From assembly GCA_030390025.1 (NCBI GenBank), contig CM059432.1:102736001-102800000 (forward strand): DNA of 64,000 bases. The letters are read 5' to 3'. Made by a program: the position numbers and the translations under genes. This DNA is from Squalus acanthias (taxonomy: Eukaryota). Positions within the stretch are counted from its first letter, which is position 1, and every line of letters begins with the position of its first letter. Below are positions 1 to 10,603 of this stretch, one piece after another. The notes under the pieces were generated by a model. That model was given only the letters and a program-made list of their open reading frames with translations, did no database searches and was not told the origin of the DNA.

Positions 1-1463
1 AGGATTGGGAAGTAAACATTCCTGACTACAATGTATTCAGGAGGGATAGGGAAGGAAAAAAAGACAGGAGGGGGGTGGCAGTACTGACCAAGGATAATAT
101 TACAGTTCTGCAGAGGGACGATTTACTAGAGAGTTCAAGGACCGAATCTATTTGGTTAGAGTTAAGGAACAGAAAAGAAGCTGTTGCATTGCTGGGTGTT
201 TATTATAGACCCCCAAATAGTAAGAAGGAGATAGAGAAGCAAATCTGTAGGCAAATTTCAAAGAAATGTAAAATTAATGGAGCAGTTGTGTAGGGGACTT
301 CAATTATCCAAATACAGACTGGGGGGAAACATAGTAAAGGGCAAAGAGGGTGAAGCATTCCAAAAATATGTGCAAAACTTCCTTAATCATTATGTTTCTT
401 GCCCAATGAGGAATGAGGCAGTGTTGGATTTAGTTCTGGTGAATGGAAGTAGGGCAAGTGAAGTGTGTTCCAGTGTGAGAACATCTGGGTAACAGTGATC
501 ATAATATAATTAGGTTTCAAACAGTTATGGAAAGGGACAAAGAAAAATCAAAAGTTAAAATACCCAACTGGAAGAGAAACAATTTCAGTGATTTGAGAAG
601 GGATCTAGCACAGGTGGACTGGAAACAAAGATTGGCCAGGAAGACAGTTAATTAGTAATGGCAGGCCTTGATGGCACAGACACTTCAGGTACAAACCAAG
701 TATATTCCCATAAGGTGGAAAGATGGGGCATTCAAACCTAACGCTCCCTGGATGACAAAGGAAATAGAAGTTAAAATAAAAGAGAGAAAGGAGGTTTATG
801 ACCAATGTCAGGTACAGAATATATTAGAAAACCAGGCCGAATACAGAGAGTGCAGGTGGAAATTGAAAAAGGATATAAGAAGGGCAAAGAGAGAATATGG
901 GAAAAGATTAGAAGGTAACATAAAAGGGGACACTAAAATCTTTTATCAAAAATGATATTTAAAGGAATGGTGAGGCCGATTAGACACAAAAAGGAAATTT
1001 TCTTGTGTAGGCAGAGGGCATGGGCTGAGGTACTGAATGCATACTTTGCATCTGTCTTCACAAAGGAAGAGCATGAAGTTAATGTTGTAGTAGAGGAGGG
1101 AGGAGTACAGATATTGAATAGGATAAAAACAGATAGAAGGGAGGTGCTAAATAAGTTGGCATCACGCAAAGTTAACAAGTCACCCGGTCTAGATGGGATG
1201 CATCCTAGGTTGCTGAGGGAGGCTAGGGTGGAGATAGAAGAAGCTCTGACCACAAGCTTTCAAACCTCCTTGAATTTGGGAGTGGTGCCAGAGAACTGGA
1301 GGATTACAAATGATCAAAAAATGGGAGAGGGATAAACCTGGTAAATACAGGCCAATCAGTCTAACGTCAGTGGTGGGAAAACTACTTGGAGAAGCATGGG
1401 TTAATTTGGGACAGCCAAATTTGTTAAAGGCAAATCATGTCTGACAAACCTCATTGATTTCTT

Positions 1464-1833
1464 ACAAAAGCAAAATACTGTGGATGCTGGAAATCTGAAA
1501 TAAAAAGAGAAAATGCTGGAAATACTCAGCAGGTCAGGTAGCATCTGAGTCCAGAAGGCTGTAAAGTGCCTAATCTAAAGATGAGGTGCTGTTCCTTGAG
1601 CTTACGTTAAGCTTCGTTGGAACAGTGTAAGAGGCCAAGGACAGAGAGGTCAGAGTGGGAGTGGACCGATGAATTAAAATGGCAAAATTGAGTTCAAATC
1701 TGTTTAAAATCTATTACATCTCTAACTTTTTCCAGTTCTGACAAAAGGTCACTGACCTGAAACGTTAACTATGTTCTCTCTTCATAGATGCTGCCTGATC
1801 TGCTGAGTATTTTCAGCATTTTCTGTTTTTATT
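1464..1833. mobile_element. Short Penelope-like element remnant with inverted ends, inserted in CR1
   Basis: Matches the 3' end of the Penelope element at 29636-30170. The terminal motif occurs in both orientations. Flanked by duplicated host sequence ctcattgattt(t)ctt at ~1450 and ~1835. Confidence 0.8.
1734..1770 (+). ncRNA. Minimal hammerhead ribozyme remnant (Penelope type) with a core mutation
   Basis: AGTT-CTGACAA-AAGGTC-ACT-GACCT-GAAAC-GTT-AACT: stem I, CUGANGA core (G>A mutated), stem II, GAAA, and palindromic AACGTT as stem III. Confidence 0.6.
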
Positions 1834-2493
1834 TCTCATTGATTTCTTTGATGAAGTAACAGAGAGAGTTGATGAAGGTAGTGCAGTAGATGTTGTATAT
1901 ATGGACTTTCAAAAGGCATTTGATAAAGTACCACATAACAGATTTATTCGGAAAATAGAAGCACATGGTATTAAAGGAACAGTGGTAACTTGGATAGGAC
2001 ATTGGCTAATGGATAGGAGGCAGAGAGTAGTCATTAACAGATTTTTTTCTGGCTGGAAGGAAGTATGCAATGGGGTCTCCTAGGAGTCGGTATTAGAACT
2101 ATTGTTTTTCTTATATATAAATGTCCTTGGCTTGGGTATATCGAGTACAATTTTTGAAGATTGTGGATGATGCACTTTGGAAGAAACAGCATGGAGAAGT
2201 GGTTTAATCTAAATGATACTATTTTGAGGGTTTTCTTTTTTTTCTTTTTTTTAATTCATTCACAGGATGTGGCAAGGCCAGCATTTATTGCCCATCCCTA
2301 ATTGCCCTTGAGAAGGTGTGGGTGAGCATGTTGAACATTCTTGAACCGCTGCAGTCCGTGTGATGAAGGTACTCCTACAGTGCTGTTAAGTAGGGAGTTC
2401 CAGGATTTTGACCCAGCGATGATCAAGGAACAGCGATATATATCCAAGTCAGGATGCTGAGTGACTTGGAGGGGAACTTGGAGTTGGTGGTGA

Positions 2494-5052
2494 TGTAGGG
2501 TGTGGTTGTGGTAGGAGTCAGCCTTTCCCCTGACTCAGTGAGCGGTTCGAATCGCTCCCACGCCCCAGGTTCAAAACTTGGACTTATTTAGGGGTTGTGA
2601 ATAAAGATGCAGTAGACCACAGGTTCCAATGAAAGAACTATAACTTTTATTAAAATTAAAAGGTAACAAACTTAAACACACTTCACACTTAAACAGGTTT
2701 GGGGAACACACGGTTACAGGTGAGGAAAATTGACAGTATACAAGAAAAAAACAAAACCTTTATCCCTCCCAAAAATCCCACTTCTAGCTAGGTTTCGGTT
2801 TCAGGAGATCAGGGATAATGCTCACCACTGTAGAATTCGCAAAATTATCGCGATTTTATAAAATAAGAAGGAGACATAAAGTTTCGTATAAACAGCTTTA
2901 TTTCAGCAGAATGCTGTCAGGTTTCAAAACGGACACAAACAGCCTGTAAATGGCCACCACGCCTCGTGGCAGAAAGTTCTAGACTTTCAGTAGGCAGACA
3001 AGATGGCGTTTCAATAAACATTTCAGCAAGATCGAACAGGACTCAGCACATTTGAGTTAATGACAAGACATGATGGGTTTGCATTTTAAACATAAATACT
3101 GGAATCGGTCTCCCAGGTGCAAACAAGGGCTATTGTACTGAGCGATCAAGGACGCATCCAAAGACATTAATATGCAAAATCCCCACGGCTCTACGATGAG
3201 AGAGCCGTTCACGGGTACTTACAGCAAGCATTTGGAAGCCCCAAAACCCCTCCAGGGAGACTACTAGCCGGTTCCACAATGGGAGAAATATTAACGGGTA
3301 CTCAGACAGTTACAAGTGTCACCGAAACCCATTAAAGACTGAGATCACCCCATACAAGAAGTTTGAGCGCCAAAACCCTGACAAAAGATAGACATTAAGA
3401 TTGGGCGGGAAAAGAGGAATTACAGCACTATAACTGTAAAGTACAACCGTCCATCTCTCTCTTGCTGCTTTGACTCGCTGGAAGGCTGCTGAACTCTTAT
3501 TCTCTTGCCTGACGACTCTGGACTCTGATCCGCTAGGATCAACCCCGTGGCTTGCTGTGAAGATCTGTGGAGAACTGGGCTGTGAAGGCCTGGAAGCGGG
3601 CGCACCATCCCGAGAAGTCGGTAAACGGTGTTGGAACCAGAAGGCCCGAGAGGAGATGAGATGAGATGAGATGAGAAGAGAAGAAGACGACAATACGTAT
3701 CACCACGGTCAGTAAGCCCCGACCGCGCCTGTAAGTCGATTAAACACTTCTTTGAATTCTACCGACTTCTTCACAACTGGCCCAGGAAGACCCTTCTTCG
3801 AGTTCTATCGAACCGGTGTAGGACACAGGAAGACTCTTTTTTTGAGTAGTATCAGAACTCCGAGGGCAACACAGATCTTCATGACAGCAGACGGTCCAGC
3901 CTGCTAGCCGGAGCAGAAACGAGTAAACAAGTGGGGTACAGAGACCTCTGATCAACACGTGGATAGTCAGGTGCTGCGGTAAAAACATCCGAGCAGAGTT
4001 TCGGAATTCTCCGAGTTATCACGAGTGGTGAGCATGAGTCTCGATCCTACAAATCTAGATTAGGACAGGTATTGATAGGGGAGGGTTTAAGTTTTAAGGA
4101 TAATTATAATGTGTGTCCCCTTTTACGATGTGTCGTGCGCTCCTCGTTTCCCCAAAATTAGTTTCATAACTGTGTGTAACATTGTACTGTCATTAATCTG
4201 TGCTTATGACATGTATCTCGTAATCTTGAATAATATGCAATAAAGATTTTCCATTTCGCACTATTCAACCGGGTCTACCTGAGTTTTCTCTGCATTATTG
4301 CTCTCGCACCTAAGTCCAGTGTCAGAACCGTAAGGGCGAGTGGGTCGAACCACTCACAGGTGTCTAGTGTTACCAGGCTGGCTGGAGACCAGAATAGGCA
4401 ACAAGGCCTAACCCCGCACTAGCACCCAGGCTAAGCACAGAGCCGCACGTCACCCCTTACACCAGACAGGGGTATTAACAGTACGAAATCCAGCCAGGTA
4501 AGTCGATGTTGATTCTGGTCATCGAATGTCTTCCTTTACCATGCGGCTTCTGGGCAGTGCTGCGAGAGAGCCTTGTCCAGCGTAGTCGGCGAGTCAAAAG
4601 AGAGAGAGCTCTTGGCTCCTGCTATAGATATAGTCCTTTTTCGCCCCCCCCCCCACCCCCCCACAAAACTCCTCACGAAAAACTGGTTTCGTAATGCAGT
4701 GAGTTTTCAGGTGAGGCCTGTTCATTGTCTTTGTTAAAATTTTGATGGGCTTTCAACTATGCTAAACCAAATCAAATGGCTTACATCCTGTTGCGCTGTT
4801 GTTCCATGGAAGCTTGCATTGTTCTCCTGCTTTGGGTTCCTTGCTGGGCCTAGCATTCCTATGGGCTCTGTGTTTTGGGTGTGGCGGCCTTTCCCCAGGG
4901 CCTATTGTCCAAATGTTAATGTTTGCTGGGCTTTGAATTCCCAGACCATCCACGTGCCGTACATGTCCAGGCATGTTTCCTTTAAAGTTCCAAAGTCCTT
5001 ATTTTTTCCTTTCGATATATCTTTGGGGATCTGCAAATTTTGAAATCTTACA
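2494..5052 (-). repeat. 3' LTR, interrupted by a solo LTR at 2829-4461
   Basis: 2494-2828 plus 4462-5052 aligns to 10604-11527 with roughly 27 differences by eye (~97% identity). Confidence 0.95.
2829..4461 (+). mobile_element. 1633-bp solo LTR of a related family, inserted in opposite orientation into the 3' LTR
   Basis: Absent from the 5' LTR. Ends TGTAG...TTACA with an imperfect 4-bp TSD (ccac/ccag). AATAAA at ~4239, followed by U5 motifs shared with the host LTR (ggtctac...taagtcca...gaacc...tcgaaccactcac). Confidence 0.8.
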
Positions 5053-5063
5053 GTCCCTCCTGC
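5053..5063 (-). promoter_or_regulatory. Candidate polypurine tract
   Basis: GCAGGAGGGAC directly abuts the 3' LTR on the minus strand. It is short and imperfect. Confidence 0.5.
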
Positions 5064-5314
5064 GATACTTCAGTTCACTACAGTATCGTCCTGGGTGGAC
5101 AAAATTCCTGATCCCCGAAAACCAAAACCCCAAACATACATTCCCCTTTAAATGTGGCGTTTTAGGTACATACAGGTAAGAAAACCTTTTTTCACAACCA
5201 AGCACGGAGAGGGTCCGACACCCCTGCACTGCTTGGGAAAACACATATCTTTATTAAAAGGAACAAAACACAAAAAAACAACAATCTTTATTCAGGAACA
5301 CAGAATAAAAAAAT

Positions 5315-7628
5315 TCAAACAGGTGTATCTCTCTCCACCTCAGCATAATGCTTCTTCCAAGTCCTTTCATTTCGGAACTGTAGTATTCTGCCCTTTCCCT
5401 TGCACTGAGTGCACACCAGGTACAATACTATTCCCAGTTGGCAAACTACGAGGAGGTGGGAAGCCATTCTGACCCATGAAGGGTGCTCTATGTTTTCGAA
5501 GATGTCCCACCTTGATACCTTGAATCTCTCTCTCTATCTCGTGTGTATTCTGTTCTAAAGTGTAGAAATGTTTTTGAGAGAGCTCTACAGCTTTTAGTAA
5601 CTTGGTAAGGCATTCTGGTAGAGGGGGAATTTCGTAGCCAAAATGTGCTACATATTTTTGCAGGTTGGTGAAATTTTGTGTTACAGTGAGGTGAACAGTG
5701 GAGGGTTCAAGAATGGGGACAATCCATTCCTGGGCCACTTGAACTTCTGCCTTGGGTTTAAAGCAGAAACTGCTGTCACTTACTGGTAGTGAGGCGCGCT
5801 GGTGGTGACACAATATGTCTCACCTCCTATATATGTTACCTGTGGGGGAACATGGTCTTGTGCCATGGCTTCCATGGTACAATTTATAGGTCGTGCGCTC
5901 ACAGCTTTAAACCCACACTGTGGTTTAGAATAGGCGTTCAAGTGCTGGGGACACAGTATTATGTGTGAACCCCGGCTCCGGCACCCGGAGAGGTCAGTAC
6001 CTGTCATAGCATGCTCCCACTTTATGACATAAGGTGGGACCGCTGTGAAACGGATGTGTGCACCCCCTTGAATGACTCCAATGTTCTCCACCCTGTATAC
6101 CGGTGCGGGTCGGGCGGTCCCACCCATGACCGGCATCCTCACCACTATCCCCATGATAGTGTGATTGGAACACCCACAATCTACTGGTACAGGGTAGGCT
6201 TCAGAGGCTAGACGGAGCTGACACGGGCTTAGTGAATTCTCAAATGGGTGGAGGGCTGCGAGGTGCTTGTTGCTGATCCAGGAGGGGACTAAACCTTGCC
6301 TTAAATCCTCCAGGTTACTCCGGCCCTCGCCTAGCAACCATGCCCTGTACAGTATGCACACCTCGTTCTGTGCAGCCTGGTCTGATGCATTCCTGTCCTC
6401 CTGTATGGGTGCATTTACCGTCTTTGCGTGCCTTTCCAGATCAGCAATGATTTCTTTTAAATGGACCATCATAGCTTGGTCCTCGTGTAACTCTGAGCCC
6501 ACTATTGTATTTTCATCCATTAAGATTTTGCGCAATTGTGTTTTTAAACAGTTTATTTGTGTCTGCAATTCTATGTCATCCAGACTGTTGATGACAGAGG
6601 ACCCTGTATTATACGCTGTAAAAATATAATTCCAGGCTCCCCTCCTTTGTCTCCCCGTATTGCCAAAATACTCAGTGTGTGCAGTGTACAGTTCTGCTTT
6701 GTCTACGTTTGCGAAATCAAACTCGTAGAACTTCCTGAACATTTCTCTGAACAGGGCCTGGTATAGCTGTTCTGTCTCTTTGGGGCACCACTCAGGTAAG
6801 TGTACCTCCGTGAGGTTTAGGATCACGGAAGCTACTGCGTAGTGTACCCCCTGGTATAGCACCTTTTCGGTTGGCACTAGTACTAGCCCATTCCCTGGTC
6901 CCTTGGTGGTGGTAGGGCACGTCTCTGTGTGTCCTTGCTGTCTGGGTTGTGGGCAGGGGCTTACGGGCGTGTGCCACGAGTTCAGTGGCCTTGACTGGGG
7001 CTGGAGAGGGCGGGACTATGCAAGTGTGTAGGTGGGAATCCCATTCCACCCGCTTCCCCTTATCCAGCTATGCTGCGGAAAAGATAATGGATATGCCCGT
7101 GGGGCAGGCCTTCCGCGACCCCCACATGCAGACATAAATCCCCTGTTCTGATTTCTACCACTTGTCCTAGCACACGCTCACCCCCCTATGGTCCCCCGTA
7201 ATGGTCCGATGGGTGTCATTCCCCAGTCGCTCCCAGTCAGCTGTACGGTCCCCCATGTCTCTGCTCAGCTTCCTGAGCCACCACCACCTTCCCAGGGGAA
7301 TCTGTCCTCTGCAGGTCAGACACACGCGTTTCCCCTCAGTGACCCCGACCCGAGTGGCTACAACCTGTATGCTGGGACAGGGGAGGGAGGCCTCCCCGTA
7401 GGTGAGCCCGGTCTGACTGGAGTATTGGGTGGAGTTAGATCCCAGCCACCCTGGCCATCTTCCCACGTGGGAATAGGTAGCGAGCTCCTTCACGCCTCGC
7501 TTGCTGCCACCCGCAGTCATCACCGGTGCTCTCTCTCCTGAGCACCCAAAAATATTGGAGTCCTCCACGTCACCTCGCCTCCCAACGCTCATTCCTATCA
7601 GAGCGAGTAGGAGTATGCCCCCCTTCAT
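5315..7628 (-). pseudogene. env: env-like gene: signal peptide, Ig-like domain, P/T linker, F-type class I fusion protein, TM and tail (3 in-frame TAG stops, ~3 frameshifts)
   Basis: Signal MKGGILLLALIGMSVG. Ig-like VTEGKRVCLTC..WWWLRK..KSEQGIYVCMW. Furin site RQRR (6641-6652) followed by GAWNYIFTAYNTGSSVINSL and a heptad. Cys-rich region, then second heptad LTKLLKAVELSQKHFYTLEQNTHEIEREI. A shifted frame gives WDIFENIEHPSWVRMASHLLVVCQLGIVLYLVCT (TM), ending at TGA 5315-5317. Confidence 0.85.
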
Positions 7629-7642
7629 ATCGACAATCCCTT

Positions 7643-7663
7643 CTGTAAGGAGACACAAGAGCA
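7643..7663 (-). promoter_or_regulatory. Putative env splice acceptor
   Basis: ctcttgtgtctccttacAG lies 14 nt upstream of the env ATG. Confidence 0.6.
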
Positions 7664-8383
7664 TATAGCCAGGTCCCGAGTAGATTCTCTGGCTTGGGTG
7701 AAGCATAGTCGGGTCTTGCGACCTCGACTCAATACAAAACACTCTTGAAATTATAACATTTTAAAACTACCAATCACCTTACTTAAAATTTAACTAAAAA
7801 CACCCAAACTTAACAATCTCAAAATTTAACAAACAAAAGCTATGTACATTCGCCGCCTGTCTCCGAGTGGCCAGACTAAACCCTGTTGGGGCTGCAGCAC
7901 ACTACTCCCTTTTGTGTGGCCGCCCTGTCCTGTACCTTTGGTCCCTTGCAGCCTATGGCTGCTGGCCGGGAACCTCTGTCCTCAGATCGACCCCTGGCTT
8001 GAGGGGCGGCCCTTTTAAATTGGGGTGCCGGTGACCACGGTTTCTTTGGCTGTGGCGTACGTGGGGACCTTCTAGGGGCTCTGGCTGGTGGGGTTTTCTG
8101 GCTGGTGGGTCTTTAACATGAGCCACTGCCCCCTGTTGTGTGGTCTGTGAATCTTCCACTGCCACTGCCTGGGGATTTCTATCCTCAGAGTGTACCTCTT
8201 CTAAACCTGTGTCAGGGTCAGGTGACTCTTCGCAGCCTGGTGCTGATTCAACACCTGGATCGGGGGCGGGGCTATCTGGTTCGGGCTCCTCCTCCTCTAA
8301 ATCCCAGAGGATTGGGGGAATGTCCCAAACGGTGGGTGGGGTGGCCCCTCCCCTAAGACAGGCCGGGTGGGGTGGCCCCTCCC

Positions 8384-8800
8384 CTAAGACAGGCCACTGC
8401 GCTTGCTTGTGTGGTCTGAAATTTCTCCTGCTGCAGGCTGAGGATTTCTATCCTGTTTTAGTTTGGTCAACTCTGCTACCATGGCTTGCAACTGCGGGCT
8501 GGTGAATTCCCCCGGGGTTGTTGAGCAAACCATCCCTCTGGCTTTGGGTAGGGCTTGGGTCAGACCTTTTATCCTTTCCTCACAGGGCCCATGGTTTAAA
8601 TCCTCATACTCCCTGCTCCTGGCTACCTTGTAGACTGCCTTTATGTCTCTAAGCTGCCCCTCTAGCCCGTCTACTTTCCCCATTAAGCGGGGTTTCTCCT
8701 CCCGTAAGGCCTGCTCATTTAACCTGGCCTCCTTACAGGAGGTCTCTTCCTGTGCGTGTCTTTCAAGGGGACACAGGTAGGCAGGCTGCGCTGGTTCCAG
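8384..8800 (-). CDS. In-frame post-gag (readthrough-type) ORF encoding a diverged duplicate of the Gag coiled-coil segment
   Basis: Open from the codon right after the gag TGA (LEPAQPAYLCPLERHAQEETSCKEARLNEQALREEKPRLMGKVDGLEGQLRDIKAVYKV...DLNHGPCEERIKGLTQALPKARGMVC). Aligns without gaps to Gag ETKNNELRLREKNARL...GLQAAYKV...DADHGPCQKQIESLSLALKKARGVAC. Confidence 0.7.
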   Translation of the reverse strand: MEPAQPAYLCPLERHAQEETSCKEARLNEQALREEKPRLMGKVDGLEGQLRDIKAVYKVARSREYEDLNHGPCEERIKGLTQALPKARGMVCSTTPGEFTSPQLQAMVAELTKLKQDRNPQPAAGEISDHTSKRSGLS

Positions 8801-10600
8801 TCATAGGTCTGGGTTGTATGGAGCTGCTGCTACCTTCCCTGGGCCAGTCAATAGGGACCTCATGGCATCCAAAAATGACTCGACCGTGGCGGGAGGGATC
8901 CCTGTCTCTGCCTTTTGGGCTGGGGCTGAGGAATTCTTTCCCTTGTTATCCTTCCAAGGATTCTTACACTCCTTCCTCCAGTGACCATCCTTCCCACACC
9001 CATAACAGTTAAGCTTTGTGTTGGAAGGGTTATTCCCCTCCTGATGCCACTCCTTCCTACTCTGGCCGGGTTTTATTTCATGTACTTTCCCTTTTTGTGG
9101 GGGCTCCTCCGCCCCTCTCCCGTTCCGGTAGGCCAGGTTCAGCTGTCTGACCACTGCCTCCTCAGTGACCCGGGGGTCTTTCGGGTCAAACCAAAGCTCA
9201 GCCTGGGTTTTGATCCGAGGCAAGCTGTTTGCCACTTGGCTACGGAGCCAGTGGGCCAGCTCATCCCGGTTTAGGTGAGCCCTGTTAAGAGCCCCACCAC
9301 AAGCACCCCTGTACACGGGCCACAGCCTGTCTGCAAAAGCCTGTGGGGTCTCTCCTGCGAGCTGCACTGTTTTCTCCACCCGGGAGAAAGGACTTCCCTC
9401 ATTCATCCCCATTGCCTCTAAAACTTCCTCAGTGATGGCCGCATATCCATTCTGTCCTCTCTTGCTCTCAGCAGAGAGAGACTGGTACAGCCAGCTGTCC
9501 AGTGAGAACAGGAGCATTTTTGCCATCTCGGCATCATCACAGCCGTTGACGCCTGCTGCCTGTTCTACCTCTATGTAGTGAACTGAGGGGTCCCCTTGTT
9601 GGGTGAGTTTACTCAGGTGGCTTACCATAACCCTAAGCTGTTGTGTACCGTGGGGAGCCACGAACTGGCTTTGGAGGGGTCCCGCATCCCCGTTATCAGC
9701 GGGTGGGCCAAATCTGTCCTGCCGGGCCGGGCACATCGGCCCCGGTCCCAGCCTCTCTTGCGGGGTTTTTTCCACCTCAGCTTCTGCCCCTAACTACACC
9801 CCTTCTTCTTGCCAGACTGCGCTAAAGCTTGGCGCTATGGGTGGTGGTCGTGGGCCCTCCCGCTCCTCAACCGGGTCGTCCCTTGGCGCTATCTTTGGTG
9901 TCTGAACCGTTCTCCCCAGGTTCCCTGTAAAGTCGACCTGGGCTGCACTTGGGCTTATGAGGCACGCCACACCTCTTGCCTTCTTTAGAGCAAGGCTGAG
10001 ACTCTCTATCTGCTTCTGGCAGGGGCCATGGTCCGCATCCTCAAACCCCTGTGCGCTCATTACCTTATAGGCTGCCTGTAAGCCTTTTACTGTCTCCTCC
10101 TGCTCTCGTACTTGTTTTGCCAGGCGGGCATTCTTTTCCCGCAACCTCAGCTCATTGTTCTTGGTCTCAGTGACCTGGCACTGTAAATAATCCTGCCAGG
10201 TCTTGTGTTCCCCCACTAACTGCACCCTTTCCTGGTTTAGCGCCTGAAATGCTAACAGTAACTTCTCCCCTGCTAGGGCCTTTGTTTGGACTTCCAGGGC
10301 TGACTCCTGAATCTCGGCTGCCTGTGCTTCAACGAGTCTGTCCAAAAGTTGGATCTGTTTCTTGAAGCACATCAGCCAGACTGCCTTTTCTAAGGATTTT
10401 TTATGATCCTTCCCTTCTGTCCATTTAGCTGCTGCATCTACCGGGCGCCCAGTTTTTAATAGATTAGTGACCCACTTCTTTTCCATATTCACTTTGCTGA
10501 ATACATAATCTGAAATCCTCTCTTCCATTACAGTTCTCTCTTCTGAATCAGTGTCTACTGCTTCACAACTCTTTTGCCAAGTCCTTGCCACGGTCGCCAT
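8801..10600 (-). CDS. gag: gag (~600 codons; one in-frame TAG at 9794-9796)
   Basis: ORFs 9794..10600 and 8801..9775 share one frame. N-terminal coiled coil, major-homology-region-like QLAGETPQAFADRL, and zinc knuckle CYGCGKDGHWRKEC (8966-9007). Confidence 0.88.
10581..10599 (-). promoter_or_regulatory. Primer binding site, tRNA-Arg(UCG)-like
   Basis: The + strand reads GTCCTTGCCACGGTCGCCA versus the recalled vertebrate tRNA-Arg(UCG) 3' end GTCCTGCCGCGGTCGCCA. It lies 4 nt inside the 5' LTR boundary. Confidence 0.75.
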
Positions 10601-10603
10601 TTA

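Larger units (their letters stand above)
1..2232 (+). mobile_element. Decayed CR1 LINE, ORF2 (endonuclease-RT) portion; outermost layer of the nest
   Basis: Broken ORFs with CR1 ORF2 motifs (ESIWLELRN..LLGVYYRPPNS; KSPGLDGMHPRLLRE; MDFQKAFDKVPH). The element resumes at ~20020. Confidence 0.9.

Noticed and set aside
3319..3988. ORFs inside the 1.6-kb solo LTR as accessory genes
   Set aside because: They are short, overlap on both strands, are partly made of (GAGAT)n and show no recognisable domain.
7750..8800. Degenerate pol between gag and env
   Set aside because: The interval is only ~1 kb and shows no D(S/T)G, YxDD, RNase H or integrase motifs. It is explained by the Gag-like duplicate and low-complexity sequence.
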